From Gammaproteobacteria bacterium (GTDB lineage Bacteria; Pseudomonadota; Gammaproteobacteria; Eutrophobiales; Eutrophobiaceae), in the NCBI GenBank assembly GCA_021773215.1, contig JAJFKM010000012.1, positions 4,922 to 68,921 of the forward strand: DNA of 64,000 bases, read 5' to 3'. Below, in pieces: positions 49,691-60,619 of the stretch. The notes under the pieces were generated by a model. The model searched no databases. It had not been told where the DNA came from and saw only the letters and a list, made by a program, of their open reading frames with translations. The translations under genes and the position numbers were made by a program. Each line of letters starts with the position of its first letter. The first letter of the stretch is position 1.

Positions 49691-50272
49691 ATGTTATTAA
49701 TGATCGACAATTATGATTCCTTTACCTACAACCTGGTCCAGTATTTTGGTGAGCTGGGGCAAGAGGTAGATGTCTATCGTAATGATAAAATCTCAATAGC
49801 CGAAATAGAAAAACTGGCACCAGAACATCTCGTTATTTCACCGGGGCCATGTACCCCGAATGAAGCCGGTATATCCATTGATGTGATTAATCATTTCAAG
49901 GGAAAAATCCCATTACTAGGTGTTTGTCTTGGTCACCAGAGCATTGGTCAGGCCTTTGGCGGCAAAGTTGTTCATGCACATGATATTATGCATGGCAAGA
50001 CATCAGACATTTATCACAACAACACCGATGTTTTTAAAGGTTTTGAAAATCCTTTTACTGCCACACGTTATCATTCATTGGTTGTTGAAAAAGAATCATT
50101 GCCTGATTGTTTTGAAATTACTGCATGGACACAAAATAAAAATGGCGAGATGGATGAAATCATGGGTCTGCGACATAAAGAACTTGCTCTATCTGGCGTA
50201 CAATTTCATCCAGAGTCGATCCTTACGTCATATGGTCATGAACTTTTATCAAACTTCCTTAACAAATCTTAG
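49691..50272 (+). CDS. trpG: Anthranilate synthase component II (glutamine amidotransferase)
   Basis: GVCLGHQ catalytic Cys motif and the HPES His motif. Length 193 aa. Confidence 0.9.
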   Translation: MLLMIDNYDSFTYNLVQYFGELGQEVDVYRNDKISIAEIEKLAPEHLVISPGPCTPNEAGISIDVINHFKGKIPLLGVCLGHQSIGQAFGGKVVHAHDIMHGKTSDIYHNNTDVFKGFENPFTATRYHSLVVEKESLPDCFEITAWTQNKNGEMDEIMGLRHKELALSGVQFHPESILTSYGHELLSNFLNKS

Positions 50273-50277
50273 ATATC

Positions 50278-50401
50278 CTAAAAATGCACTTTTTTCGCGA
50301 TAGCATCGTCAGCCCCGTACTCGAATCCTCATGTATTAACATATACACTGCGGTTCTGCGTGCGGTGCTTCCTCACTCTCACGAAAAAATTACTATTTTT
50401 A
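50278..50401 (+). repeat. Copy C of the ~124-bp interspersed intergenic repeat
   Basis: It begins 6 nt after the trpG stop and is about 85-90% identical to copy B by eye. Confidence 0.7.
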
Positions 50402-50423
50402 GAATTATCTAATGGAATATGTA

Positions 50424-51446
50424 ATGGATATTCAAACTGCACTCAATAATGTCATTGCCGGTAACGATCTAAACCGTGCTGATATGCATTCCGTCATGCA
50501 AACTATTATGCAAGGTGATGCTACGCCGGCACAGATTGGTGGTCTGTTGGTTGCGCTACGCTTAAAAGGCGAAAGTGTTGACGAGATTACCGCTGCTGCT
50601 GAAGTCATGCGCGAATTAGCTAGTAAGGTTGATGTCGATAAAACAAACCTAGTTGATACCTGTGGTACCGGGGGTGATGGCGCTAATACTTTTAATATCT
50701 CAACGACATCTGCTTTTGTAGTTGCTGCTAGTGGTGCCAAGGTTGCCAAACATGGCAATCGTTCTGTTTCCAGTAAGTCTGGCAGTGCCGATGTTCTTGA
50801 AGCTGCAGGCGTAAACCTGGAATTAAATGCCGATCAGGTTGTAAGCTGTATTGAACATGTAGGAATTGGCTTTATGTTTGCCCCGATGCATCACAGCGCT
50901 ATGAAACATGCCATTGGCCCGCGTCGTGAGCTGGGCATTCGAACTCTTTTCAATGTGCTCGGGCCGCTTACTAACCCCGCCGGCGCACCTAATCAGGTAA
51001 TTGGTGTATTTAGTAATGATTGGCTCAAGCCACTTTCTGAAACTTTGAAACAACTCGGTAGTGAACATGTGCTCGTTGTTCACGCAGAAGATGGCCTTGA
51101 TGAAATCAGTATTTCAGCTAAGACATACATCGCAGAATTAAAAGACGGTAAAATTAAAAACTACGAAATTAGTCCGGAAGATTTCGGCATGAATAAACAA
51201 GACATCTCAGCATTAGCCGTCAATGGTGTTGATGATAGTTTAAGCAGAATGCAATCTGTATTAGATAACAACGATGGGGCAGCAAAAGATATCGTTTGTC
51301 TTAATGCTGGTGCTGCTATTTATGCAGCAGGCCTTGTCGATTCAATACAAGAAGGCGTATCAAAGGCACAATCAACAATAGCTTCTGGTGCCGCAAAACA
51401 AAAACTCGAACAACTTATCCAACACAGTCAATCGTTTAAACAATAA
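50424..51446 (+). CDS. trpD: Anthranilate phosphoribosyltransferase
   Basis: GTGGDG motif and the [14 protein letters not shown] region. The start is placed at MDIQTALNN; the listed ORF begins at 50412. Confidence 0.9.
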   Translation: MDIQTALNNVIAGNDLNRADMHSVMQTIMQGDATPAQIGGLLVALRLKGESVDEITAAAEVMRELASKVDVDKTNLVDTCGTGGDGANTFNISTTSAFVVAASGAKVAKHGNRSVSSKSGSADVLEAAGVNLELNADQVVSCIEHVGIGFMFAPMHHSAMKHAIGPRRELGIRTLFNVLGPLTNPAGAPNQVIGVFSNDWLKPLSETLKQLGSEHVLVVHAEDGLDEISISAKTYIAELKDGKIKNYEISPEDFGMNKQDISALAVNGVDDSLSRMQSVLDNNDGAAKDIVCLNAGAAIYAAGLVDSIQEGVSKAQSTIASGAAKQKLEQLIQHSQSFKQ

Positions 51447-51451
51447 ATATT

Positions 51452-52258
51452 ATGCAAGCTGATACACCTGACATCTTAAAAGACATACTCAACTATAAGA
51501 CTGAGTACGTAGAGCACGTTAAAAGAACGGCCACATTACAAGATCAAAAACATCGTGCCGCCGATTGCGAAGCTACACGTGGCTTTACTGGTAGTTTGCT
51601 TAGAACCATTGCAGAAGGTAAGCCAGCTGTAATTGCTGAAATAAAAAAGGCCTCTCCCAGTCGCGGCATTATCCGCAAAGATTTTCAACCCGATGCCATT
51701 GCTAAGAGTTTTGCAGAGGCCGGCGCCAGTTGTTTATCGGTTTTGACTGATATTCAATATTTTCAGGGTTCGGACGATTATTTAAAACAAGCTCATGCTG
51801 CTTGTGAATTACCGATCATACGTAAAGACTTTATGATTGACCCTTATCAGGTATATGAGGCAAGAGTGATTGGTGCTGATGCTATCTTGATTATTGTTTC
51901 TGCCTTATCGGATATGCAGATGCAAGATCTCGTCGGCACTGCCAATGAGGTTGGTCTGGATGTACTGGTTGAAGTACACGACCGTGTAGAGCTTGAACGT
52001 GGCATGATGTTACGTACACCACTCATCGGTATTAATAACCGAAACTTACATACATTCGAAACGGACCTTGATACAACATTGGGACTTTTAACCGATGTCT
52101 TTCATGATCGCACTGTCGTTACAGAAAGTGGGATTCATACACAGGATGATGTCAGTTTAATGCGTAAAAATAATGTTAATGCCTTTCTTGTTGGCGAGGC
52201 ATTTATGAAAGCAGAAAAACCTGGAGAGGAACTCAAGAAACTATTTTTCAATAATTAA
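51452..52258 (+). CDS. trpC: Indole-3-glycerol phosphate synthase
   Basis: [10 protein letters not shown] motif and the NNRNL motif. Length 268 aa. Confidence 0.9.
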   Translation: MQADTPDILKDILNYKTEYVEHVKRTATLQDQKHRAADCEATRGFTGSLLRTIAEGKPAVIAEIKKASPSRGIIRKDFQPDAIAKSFAEAGASCLSVLTDIQYFQGSDDYLKQAHAACELPIIRKDFMIDPYQVYEARVIGADAILIIVSALSDMQMQDLVGTANEVGLDVLVEVHDRVELERGMMLRTPLIGINNRNLHTFETDLDTTLGLLTDVFHDRTVVTESGIHTQDDVSLMRKNNVNAFLVGEAFMKAEKPGEELKKLFFNN

Positions 52259-52307
52259 TTTTCTAACCTGATGGGAAGCCATCATTTCACAATGGAGCAC
52301 TTAAGTA

Positions 52308-53195
52308 ATGTTTACTCATAATTTAAAAATAAGCGTAATAACTCTAGTATTATCATTCTCATTTATTAATACCGCGTTTGCTGATGAACATGAGCTTGAT
52401 CTGATGTGGGAAGTAGGCGGTTTAGCGAACCCGGAATCAGTTGTCTATGACCCAATACTAAATCACCTATATGTTTCCAATGTTAATGGTGGTCCACTTG
52501 ATAAAGATGGTAATGGTTATATTTCTATCGTTTCTATGGACGGCAGAATTATCAATGAAAAATGGGTTACTGGTTTAGACGGCCCAAAAGGTCTCGCACT
52601 TTCTGGACGTACGCTATACACAGCTGACATTGATGCACTTGTTGCTATAGATGTTAACCATGGTCGCATCACTGATAGATATAAGGTGGCAGATCCTAAA
52701 TTCACGAATGACCTCGCCGCTGCACCAAACGGTGATATTTATATGTCCGATATGTTAGCCAATCGTATTTATTTATTATCAGGAAATACACTCAGCATCT
52801 GGATAGAATCTGATGATCTGGAAGCACCCAATGGTTTAGATGTAGTGGGTGATGATGTCATTCTCGGCGCCTGGGGCGTAATGACCGATGGCTTTGCAAC
52901 TGCTGTTCCTGGCCACTTAAAACGCATCTCTATTAAAGATAAATCAATCACCTCAATTGGTGACGGTTCTGCTGTGGGTAATATGGATGGTGTTGAAGTC
53001 GATAAAGATGGCGGCTTCTATGTCACCGACTGGATGAACGGCAAACTATTCCACATTTCAAGTACTGGTGAAGCAAAAGAAATACTTTCACTCAAACAAG
53101 GCAGTGCTGATCATGAATTTATTATCGAAAAAGACTTGATGTTTATTCCGATGATGAACGACAACATCATGTATGGCTATAAAGTTAAGCGTTAA
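52308..53195 (+). CDS. Secreted beta-propeller protein (SMP-30/gluconolactonase/LRE-like or NHL-like)
   Basis: Signal peptide (FINTAFA) and a repeated pattern of short beta-strands with conserved Asp/Gly/Asn turns. Tentative family. Confidence 0.45.
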   Translation: MFTHNLKISVITLVLSFSFINTAFADEHELDLMWEVGGLANPESVVYDPILNHLYVSNVNGGPLDKDGNGYISIVSMDGRIINEKWVTGLDGPKGLALSGRTLYTADIDALVAIDVNHGRITDRYKVADPKFTNDLAAAPNGDIYMSDMLANRIYLLSGNTLSIWIESDDLEAPNGLDVVGDDVILGAWGVMTDGFATAVPGHLKRISIKDKSITSIGDGSAVGNMDGVEVDKDGGFYVTDWMNGKLFHISSTGEAKEILSLKQGSADHEFIIEKDLMFIPMMNDNIMYGYKVKR

Positions 53196-53205
53196 ACTTG
53201 TACTT

Positions 53206-53235
53206 ATCAACGCCACCAAACTTGGTGGCGTTGAT
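53206..53235. terminator. Perfect 12-bp-stem hairpin (ATCAACGCCACC-AAACTT-GGTGGCGTTGAT) between convergent genes; likely a bidirectional terminator
   Basis: Exact inverted repeat read directly, 10 nt after the stop of the beta-propeller gene. No canonical U-tract follows on either strand. Confidence 0.4.
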
Positions 53236-53279
53236 ATCAATAAACACTTTGAATAAAAAAATCTAGAAACTGACTTTAC

Positions 53280-53468
53280 CTAAATCCCTACTGCTTTTTT
53301 TATTTTCTCAACCTCAGCTTCCCAACGTTTAACCGCCTTTTCGTAGTAAACAAATACACAGTTTTCACATCCACTGTCACAACACTCCGAGGGGATCGGC
53401 TTGTCTGGTTTGTCTGGAAGTTTTAATGAATATTGTTTATGCATTGTATTGTAGGTTGAAGCAAACAA
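53280..53468 (-). CDS. Small Cys-rich protein (oxidoreductase-like domain, CC-x-SGC-x-x-CV)
   Basis: 62-aa ORF with ECCDSGCENCVFVYY, resembling the stand-alone 'oxidoreductase-like' domain family. Assignment is tentative. Confidence 0.4.
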   Translation of the reverse strand: MFASTYNTMHKQYSLKLPDKPDKPIPSECCDSGCENCVFVYYEKAVKRWEAEVEKIKKAVGI

Positions 53469-53532
53469 TTGATTACTATTTTTGAATAACTTTGAGTCTC
53501 GTACCGTAGCTATAACAACGAGTCAGTATTCC

Positions 53533-54624
53533 TTATACATTAAACCTGAATAAGATTACGTCTCCATCTTTAACAATATATTCTTTTCCTTCTGAACGCC
53601 ATTTACCCGCATCTTTGGTACCTTGTTCACCCTTATATTCAATATAATCATCAAAACCTGCAATTTCAGCGCGAATAAAACCACGTTCAAAATCAGTATG
53701 TATCACAGCAGCGGCCTTTGGCGCAGTCGCTCCAATAGGTATAGTCCATGCACGTACTTCTTTCGGCCCCGCAGTAAAATACGTTTGTAAACTAAGTAAT
53801 TTATAACCCGCACGGATAATGCGATTAAGACCCGGCTCTTCCATGCCGAGTGCTTCCAGAAATTCTTGTTTTTCGTCATCTTCTAATTGAGAGACCTCGG
53901 CCTCAATAGAAGCACACACCGGAATCAGTTGTGCATCTTCTTTATCCGCAAGTGCTTGTAATTTTTCTAACCACGAATTTGAATGCAGACCATCTTCTTC
54001 AACATTAGCGATATACAAAGTTGGTTTTAAGGTCAGCAATTGTAAATGTTTAATTGCTTCTAAATCATCTTCAGATAATTCCATTGAACGTACGGGCAGA
54101 CCTTCATCAAGATGCGCATTCAATGATTCAAGTAGATCTTGTTCTTGCTTAGCTGTTTTATCGCCGCTTCGTCCTAACTTTGTTGCCTTTTGCAAAGCCT
54201 TACTTACTGATTCCTGATCAGCCAGACACAGCTCTGTGTTAATCACCTCAATATCTGATATTGGATCAACTTTGCCCGCGACATGTACAATATTATCGTC
54301 ATCAAAACAGCGCACTACCTGAGCAATCGCATGGGTTTCACGGATGTTAGCAAGAAATTTATTGCCAAGACCTTCGCCTTTTGACGCGCCTTCGACTAAG
54401 CCGGCTATATCAACAAACTCCATGGTCGTTGGCACAACCTTTTGAGGGTTTGCTATGCCAGCTAATTGTTCTAAGCGCGCATCAGGCATAGCAACAACAC
54501 CAACGTGTGGATCGATGGTACAGAAAGGATAATTTTCCGCGTCTATCGCTGAATTGGTTAATGCATTAAAGAGTGTTGATTTACCCACATTCGGTAAACC
54601 AACGATGCCACATTTAAATCCCAT
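53533..54624 (-). CDS. ychF: Ribosome-binding ATPase YchF
   Basis: [24 protein letters not shown]-loop and the TGS C-terminal domain. Conserved pth-ychF pair. Confidence 0.9.
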   Translation of the reverse strand: MGFKCGIVGLPNVGKSTLFNALTNSAIDAENYPFCTIDPHVGVVAMPDARLEQLAGIANPQKVVPTTMEFVDIAGLVEGASKGEGLGNKFLANIRETHAIAQVVRCFDDDNIVHVAGKVDPISDIEVINTELCLADQESVSKALQKATKLGRSGDKTAKQEQDLLESLNAHLDEGLPVRSMELSEDDLEAIKHLQLLTLKPTLYIANVEEDGLHSNSWLEKLQALADKEDAQLIPVCASIEAEVSQLEDDEKQEFLEALGMEEPGLNRIIRAGYKLLSLQTYFTAGPKEVRAWTIPIGATAPKAAAVIHTDFERGFIRAEIAGFDDYIEYKGEQGTKDAGKWRSEGKEYIVKDGDVILFRFNV

Positions 54625-54640
54625 AGTGTGTTCCGTATTT

Positions 54641-55246
54641 TTAAGAGGGTGAGTCGGCTTCAGGTTTATTTTTCTTATTCAGTTCTGTCATCAATTTATT
54701 GAGATTGTCCTGAAAGAACTGCTCACTCCTTTCTAAAGCCAAAGAATAAGAGTCTATAATTTGATTTTCCTCATCCGTGCTCGCACGTCCAAGAACATAC
54801 GGCACAACCTTGTCTTTACTACCGGGATGGCCAACACCAATCCTAAGTCGTAAAAATTCACTGCTCCCGGTGCGTTGAATAATATCGCGCAAGCCATTAT
54901 GGCCACCGTGTCCACCGCCTTTTTTCAATCGTGTCGTTCCCGGCTGCAAGTCAATTTCATCATGAACGACCATGACTTGATCGATTGATAACTTGTAATA
55001 ATTCATCAATGCCTGCACAGCAGCGCCACTGTCATTCATATAAGTCTGTGGTTTACATAACCAGCAATCTGTCGAACCACTTTGATATCGACACACTTCA
55101 GCTTGAAACTTTTTATCGGGAGAAAAATTCAGGGAGAGTTTGTTTGCCAAGGCATCGACAAACCAAAAACCGGCATTGTGCCGAGTCATCAAATATTCAG
55201 GGCCTGGATTACCCAGGCCCACTATTAATTTTAAAGAAGCCGGCAC
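54641..55246 (-). CDS. pth: Peptidyl-tRNA hydrolase
   Basis: [12 protein letters not shown] and TRHNAGF motifs. Confidence 0.9.
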   Translation of the reverse strand: MPASLKLIVGLGNPGPEYLMTRHNAGFWFVDALANKLSLNFSPDKKFQAEVCRYQSGSTDCWLCKPQTYMNDSGAAVQALMNYYKLSIDQVMVVHDEIDLQPGTTRLKKGGGHGGHNGLRDIIQRTGSSEFLRLRIGVGHPGSKDKVVPYVLGRASTDEENQIIDSYSLALERSEQFFQDNLNKLMTELNKKNKPEADSPS

Positions 55247-55252
55247 TCAGAC

Positions 55253-55936
55253 TCAGTCTTCGCCGTCTTTAGCGCCTTCTTCTGGTGCTGCTTCTGCTCC
55301 TTCTGCAGCTTCTGCAGCTTCTGCAGCAGCAGCATCTTCCGCTTCATCGGATGCAAATACTTTTGGTGCATGCACAGAGGCAACTGGTTGAGAATCATCA
55401 CCACCGTGTAAAAGGGCATGAATTTGTACACCCTCAGGTAATTTCAAATCAGACAGATGTAATGTGTCATTGAGCGCGACTTCCAACATATCGACTTCGA
55501 TATATTCAGGCAGGTCTTTCGGTAAACACACGATATCAATATCAGTCATGAGATGGCTAATAACACCACCTTCATTTTTAACACCAGTACACTTTTCTTC
55601 ATTAATATAATGTAATGGGATCCGCATGGTCAGGGTTTCATTAGCATCTACTCGTAGCAAATCTATATGCAAAAGTGTTCGCTTATAGGGATGGCGCTGC
55701 AGATCTTTTAAAACGACACTTTCAGTATCATTACCAATCTTTAATGACAGGATGTGCGAATAAAAAGCTTCATGTTCAAGATTATGCATTACTGCATTAT
55801 GTTGCAGTGTAATCATGCTAGCTTCTTTTCCGGTACCGTAAACAATACCGGGTAATTTGCCGTCACGGCGTAGGCGGCGGCTCGCACCTTTCCCTACATC
55901 TGTCCGTGCTTCGGCGACGAGTTCGAATTCATTCAT
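55253..55936 (-). CDS. rplY: 50S ribosomal protein L25 / general stress protein Ctc (long form with Ala/Glu-rich C-terminal tail)
   Basis: L25 N-terminal beta-barrel (GKGASRRLRRDGKLPGIVYG) plus the Ctc C-domain. The tail AAAAEAAEAAEGAEAA is encoded by short tandem GCAGCTTCT-like repeats. Confidence 0.85.
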   Translation of the reverse strand: MNEFELVAEARTDVGKGASRRLRRDGKLPGIVYGTGKEASMITLQHNAVMHNLEHEAFYSHILSLKIGNDTESVVLKDLQRHPYKRTLLHIDLLRVDANETLTMRIPLHYINEEKCTGVKNEGGVISHLMTDIDIVCLPKDLPEYIEVDMLEVALNDTLHLSDLKLPEGVQIHALLHGGDDSQPVASVHAPKVFASDEAEDAAAAEAAEAAEGAEAAPEEGAKDGED

Positions 55937-56029
55937 TTTAGTACTACTCCTTAATATTTAAAGGTTATTGATTACCTCCTGAGCGCGACCAATCAGGAGA
56001 ATTTGCGCAAAAGGCCTAATCCAGAAACC

Positions 56030-56983
56030 CTAGTCTAAAAACATGGAGCTTAGGGATTCACCTTCTGCAATACGACGCATACTCTCAGCCAGCATTGCTG
56101 CAACGCTGAGTTGTCGAATACGATCACAGGTAGCTGCCTCTGAGCGAAGCGGGATTGTATCTGTTACTACCAATTCATCAAGTCTTGAATTCTCTATATT
56201 TTTAATTGCATTGCCGGAAAGCACGGGATGAGTACAGTAAGCGACCACTTTTACCGCCCCAAAGTCCTTCAAAGCCCCGGCTGCATTGCACAATGTGCCT
56301 GCTGTATCGACCAAATCGTCAATAATCACGCAGGTACGACCATCGACATCGCCGATTATGTTCATAATCTCTGATTCATTCGGATTTGGACGTCTTTTAT
56401 CAATAATTGCCAGATCCGTATCATCCAGACGTTTTGCTAGAGCCCGAGCACGCACCACACCACCCACATCTGGCGAAACCACCATCAAATTAGGGTATTT
56501 ATGCTTCCAGACATCACCCAGCAGGACTGGCGAACCATAAACATTATCCAATGGGATATCAAAAAAGCCCTGAATCTGGTCTGCGTGTAAATCGACTGTT
56601 AAGACCCTGTCTATACCAGCCCCAGCGATCATATTGGCAACTACTTTGGCTGTTATCGGTACCCGTGATGAGCGTGAACGTCGATCCTGGCGCGCATAAC
56701 CCAGATAAGGAATAACAGCATTAACTCGAGCTGCTGATGCACGGCGAAAGGCATCGGCCATGACCAATAATTCCATCAAATTATCATTTGTCGGTGCACA
56801 GACCGGCTGCATGATATAGACATCTCGACCACGGACATTCTCATTGATCTCAACCATGACTTCGCCATCGCTGAATTTGCCAACCGTTATCTTGCCCAAT
56901 GGAATATTCAGATATTCCGCTGCCTCGAGCGCTAATTTTGGGTTTGCATTACCACTGAACAACATCATATTGGAGGTGGTCAT
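56030..56983 (-). CDS. prs: Ribose-phosphate pyrophosphokinase
   Basis: PRPP-binding motif (DLVDTAGTL) and the divalent-cation site. Length 317 aa. Confidence 0.9.
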   Translation of the reverse strand: MTTSNMMLFSGNANPKLALEAAEYLNIPLGKITVGKFSDGEVMVEINENVRGRDVYIMQPVCAPTNDNLMELLVMADAFRRASAARVNAVIPYLGYARQDRRSRSSRVPITAKVVANMIAGAGIDRVLTVDLHADQIQGFFDIPLDNVYGSPVLLGDVWKHKYPNLMVVSPDVGGVVRARALAKRLDDTDLAIIDKRRPNPNESEIMNIIGDVDGRTCVIIDDLVDTAGTLCNAAGALKDFGAVKVVAYCTHPVLSGNAIKNIENSRLDELVVTDTIPLRSEAATCDRIRQLSVAAMLAESMRRIAEGESLSSMFLD

Positions 56984-57014
56984 GAACTTGCGTTCTCCAG
57001 GCTATTTAAAAATA

Positions 57015-57091
57015 TGGCTGGGGTACGAGGACTCGAACCTCGGAATGCATGGATCAAAACCATGTGCCTTAACCAACTTGGCCATACCCCA
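57015..57091 (-). tRNA. tRNA-Gln (anticodon UUG), CCA encoded
   Basis: The reverse complement TGGGGTATGGCCAAGTTGGTTAAGGCACATGGTTTTGATCCATGCATTCCGAGGTTCGAGTCCTCGTACCCCAGCCA folds as a cloverleaf (acceptor TGGGGTA/TACCCCA, anticodon stem CATGG/CCATG with loop TTTTGAT, T-stem CGAGG/CCTCG). It is highly similar to E. coli tRNA-Gln and sits in the conserved ispE-tRNA-Gln-prs location. Confidence 0.9.
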
Positions 57092-57130
57092 ATAAATCGT
57101 TTCTAATCTCTTTTTACGAATGAACTGTAA

Positions 57131-57985
57131 TTACACTCTGGTTTGTTCAGTCGCCAATCGTTCCAATAATGGAGATTTATTCATCCCCTTTACAACATAG
57201 CCTTGCCAGTTATCAGGCAATTGTTCTTTCACGGCAGTCGCTGCCTGAAAGTCTGAAAATGGTGCAAATATACATGCGCCAGTTCCAGTTAACCTCGTAG
57301 GTGCAAATTCAGCTAACCAATCCAGCGCATTTGCCACCTCTTTGTAGTGTTTTCGCACTACAGATTCACAGTCATTTATCCCGCCTCTTTCGAGGAAGTC
57401 GCGTATTGTGATTGTCGATGTATTCCGTGTCAAATCATCTGCGCTAAATACTTTTGCTGTAGCAACACTACAACCCGGATGTACGACAAGATAAACGCTT
57501 TCTTCAGGCTCAATTGGCGTCAGATCCTCGCCAATACCTTCGGCCCAAGCCGCTTGAGAATGAATGAACACGGGCACATCTGCCCCTAGCGAAAGTCCAA
57601 TTGTGGCTAGTTCCTTGGTCGATAATCCACAGCTCCATAATTCATTCAAAGCAACTAGTGTCGTTGCAGCATCGGAACTACCACCACCGAGACCACCGCC
57701 AGTGGGAATTTTTTTATCTACTTTTATATCAACACCAAGCTTACAGCCTGTTATTCCCTTCAAGGCATGAGCTGCTTTGACAACTAAATCATCCTCGGCG
57801 GCAACATCCTTTAGGCTTGAACTACGCTCAATCTTATCCGAATCCAAAATAGTAAAATCAATCTCATCAGCCAGCTCAATAAACTGAAATACGGTTTGTA
57901 ACAGGTGGTAACCATCCGGCCGTTGACCTGTTATATGTAAAAAAAGATTTAATTTTGCCGGTGCCGGCCATGCCTTGCTAATCAT
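57131..57985 (-). CDS. ispE: 4-diphosphocytidyl-2-C-methyl-D-erythritol kinase
   Basis: Start chosen at MISKAWPAPAKLNLFLHITG, 4 nt from the lolB stop. GHMP kinase motif (PTGGGLGGGSSDAA). The listed ORF extends to 58096. Confidence 0.85.
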   Translation of the reverse strand: MISKAWPAPAKLNLFLHITGQRPDGYHLLQTVFQFIELADEIDFTILDSDKIERSSSLKDVAAEDDLVVKAAHALKGITGCKLGVDIKVDKKIPTGGGLGGGSSDAATTLVALNELWSCGLSTKELATIGLSLGADVPVFIHSQAAWAEGIGEDLTPIEPEESVYLVVHPGCSVATAKVFSADDLTRNTSTITIRDFLERGGINDCESVVRKHYKEVANALDWLAEFAPTRLTGTGACIFAPFSDFQAATAVKEQLPDNWQGYVVKGMNKSPLLERLATEQTRV

Positions 57986-57989
57986 CAGA

Positions 57990-58583
57990 CTATGTTTTCC
58001 ACTCTTTAATGACCAACTTAAGTTGAATATCATCACTCTTAATAGATAATTTTTCTGGTAGGGAGATACCATTCTGCTCGGTGTAACGTAACACACTCAC
58101 ATTGAACCCAGACTGCTGCATATTTGTGAGTCGACCTTTATCATCAAGTAATAGGTCACTGTAGGTCATATAGGGTTCAGGAACCCCACGTATCCAATAC
58201 TTCAATCCATTAATATGTATCTTCCAGCCCAACGCCTGATAGAGTAATTGTTCTGCTGTGTTGGCTGTCGTTATTTTATTTTTAGGCCCATGCATAACAA
58301 CACCATCTCGGGTGCCTTTTAAAATATATGTCCCTTGACCTAGTGGTGCGATAACTCGCAATTCATAATCTGCATAGGATTGCTCCCACAGCAAGGTGGC
58401 GCTGCCACTGTCTTTCTCGTTCTTTACTCCCAAGCGTCCATTGATATTCCAGGCAGTAATACCATTGATATCAATTTGATGTTCAAGCCATAATTGTGGC
58501 TTTAGGTCTATATCTATTTTTGGTGCAGCACTACACGCAGCTAGCAGAGAAACTGCTAGTAAAAGGGGTAAGAGTCGAATCAC
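57990..58583 (-). CDS. lolB: Outer membrane lipoprotein LolB
   Basis: Lipobox LLAAC. Conserved position upstream of ispE. Length 197 aa. Confidence 0.7.
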   Translation of the reverse strand: MIRLLPLLLAVSLLAACSAAPKIDIDLKPQLWLEHQIDINGITAWNINGRLGVKNEKDSGSATLLWEQSYADYELRVIAPLGQGTYILKGTRDGVVMHGPKNKITTANTAEQLLYQALGWKIHINGLKYWIRGVPEPYMTYSDLLLDDKGRLTNMQQSGFNVSVLRYTEQNGISLPEKLSIKSDDIQLKLVIKEWKT

Positions 58584-60361
58584 GGTTTAAATCGTTTTAT
58601 GACGTCTAACAAGCGATCATCAGTCGGTGTATCTTTGAGTGCAGTATCCCAAATATCTTTCGCTTGCTGTCTATCTCCCCTTACCCAGAGAACTTCACCA
58701 AGGTGCGCAGCAATTTCTGGATCATTCCTCAATTCAAGCGCCTTTTGTAAATATTCAACTGCTTCATCCAGGCGTCCCAGGCGATATAAAACCCAACCCA
58801 TACTATCCAATATATAAAAGTCGCTTGGGCTTAACTCATAAGCACGTTGTATATAACCATAGGCTTCTTCATATCGATCCGTACGATCTGCAAGTGTGTA
58901 ACCCAAGGCATTTAATGCAGTAGCGTTATTCGCGTCTTCTTCAAGAATAGTTTTTAAATCGGCTTCTAATAAATCCATACGCCCCATTTTTTCAGCAAGC
59001 ATTGCGCGAGAATAGAGTATGTCGGCATGACTCTTTTCTTCTATTGCCGCATTAAAAAAATCCATTGCTTCCTGATAACGCTTGGCGTTGATAAGTATTT
59101 CACCTTCGGCCTGTATCAATATAAGTCGACTAGAACCTTTAGATTTTTGTATGGCACGAATATTACTTAATGCTTTATCAACGTCACCTTGCTTGGCAAG
59201 AATAAGGCTTAACCGAATCCGTGCGTCAAGATAGTTTTCTCCACCATGCACACCTTGATATAAATCACTCGCCTTATCTAACTGATCCCTTTCTTCTGCT
59301 ATACGCGCTAAATAATAATTTGAATCAAAAACTCGTTTTTTTAATCCCGTTAAACGTAGAAAATATTTCTCTGCCTCATCAAGCCGATTGGTCTGTAGAT
59401 AAAGCAATCCAAGTGCGTAGAGCACATCGACATTGTTTGGTGCTTGAACGGACAGGAGCTCAAACTGACGTCGGGCGTCATCAAATCTTTTGGCTTCTGT
59501 CAGTAAGCGCGCATAGGCCATACGCATATTAAAATCATCTTCCTTATCCTTAAGAGCAGACTCAATCCACGCCAGTGCTTTATTTGACTCACCTTTCTTT
59601 TGTAATAAAGCAAGGTATGTCATCGCTGCTGCATCGTTGTTTGGTTTCAATTCCAGCACACGTTCCAGCAAATCCTGAGAACGTTCCATATCACCCATCC
59701 TTGCAGTCACATGGGCGAAGGCAAACATGGCTTCAGCATCGTTCATGTGATTTTCCATCAAGCGTTCCATCAATTGTAAAACCGCAGCTTGATCATCTTC
59801 ACGACCAAGAAAATTGGCGATCATCCACAATTTTTGATCAAACTGACCTTGTGAGTTCTCCAGAATAATCTCAAGGTGATATAAGGCCTTATCAATATTC
59901 CCTTCACGCAAGGTCATCACTGTCAAAACCTGATGAGCGTCAGGATTCTCAGGATCAACCTCAACCCAAAGACTGGCAGCTTCATAAGCAGACTCATTAT
60001 CACGAGCATAAACTGATATCCGGGTTGCTCGCTCAATGACTACCGGATCTCGGGTCGATTTGGCTAAATCAAGATAATTATCCACGGCGACATCTATTTT
60101 TCCACGTTGTCCGGCTATTTCAGCAAGCAATATCTTAAAGAGGATATCTTCGGTGAGTTCAATCTTTGGCCGCTCTGGTAAAACTCGTTCGGGGACCGGC
60201 TCAGGCTCTGGCGTAGTTGCAACTACTTCCACTTCTGTTGTCGGCTCTACACTTTCGATACTGGCTTCTTCCTGAGGCACTGTAGTACAGGCGACAACAA
60301 GGAAAGCCAGCATAAATACCGGTAATTTGGATAAAGCCTTATATAGTGAATATCGAGACAT
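58580..60361 (-). CDS. TPR-repeat protein (conserved neighbour of lolB/hemA)
   Basis: Signal/TM at the N-terminus followed by more than 10 TPR repeats. It overlaps the lolB start (ATGA). Pseudomonas has a TPR gene at the same position. Confidence 0.7.
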   Translation of the reverse strand: MSRYSLYKALSKLPVFMLAFLVVACTTVPQEEASIESVEPTTEVEVVATTPEPEPVPERVLPERPKIELTEDILFKILLAEIAGQRGKIDVAVDNYLDLAKSTRDPVVIERATRISVYARDNESAYEAASLWVEVDPENPDAHQVLTVMTLREGNIDKALYHLEIILENSQGQFDQKLWMIANFLGREDDQAAVLQLMERLMENHMNDAEAMFAFAHVTARMGDMERSQDLLERVLELKPNNDAAAMTYLALLQKKGESNKALAWIESALKDKEDDFNMRMAYARLLTEAKRFDDARRQFELLSVQAPNNVDVLYALGLLYLQTNRLDEAEKYFLRLTGLKKRVFDSNYYLARIAEERDQLDKASDLYQGVHGGENYLDARIRLSLILAKQGDVDKALSNIRAIQKSKGSSRLILIQAEGEILINAKRYQEAMDFFNAAIEEKSHADILYSRAMLAEKMGRMDLLEADLKTILEEDANNATALNALGYTLADRTDRYEEAYGYIQRAYELSPSDFYILDSMGWVLYRLGRLDEAVEYLQKALELRNDPEIAAHLGEVLWVRGDRQQAKDIWDTALKDTPTDDRLLDVIKRFKP

Positions 60362-60619
60362 ATTTGCAATTTTTAATTCTATTTTGTTAGATCATTTTGT
60401 CAGATCGTGGCTAAAAATAATACTGTGTATGGCTTATCAGATAATTGAATAGATAAACCTATTACAATTGATTCGAAATGTGGCTATTTGTTCAGTTGGG
60501 TCATATGATTTATATTTGACGTATAAGTCATTGAAATCAATATTTAGCCTGATTTTCCTTGTATTCAGCCACATCATGGCACAGAATTTTCATATAGATA
60601 TCATTTAATTGCCAATATC

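Noticed and set aside
20434-50401. Could the three ~124-bp repeats be a CRISPR array or a riboswitch?
   Set aside because: They are about 124 bp long, roughly 17 kb and 12.5 kb apart, and not interleaved with short spacers, so they are not a CRISPR array. They lie 3' of coding sequences rather than in 5' leaders, so they are not riboswitch-like.
55285-55473. 62-aa poly-Leu/Gln ORF on the + strand
   Set aside because: It is the antisense reading of the repetitive Ala/Glu tail of rplY and has no independent support.
57015-57091. tRNA-Gln as a possible genomic-island integration site
   Set aside because: No integrase, direct repeat of the tRNA 3' end or foreign genes are adjacent. The tRNA sits in the conserved prs-tRNA-Gln-ispE-lolB arrangement.
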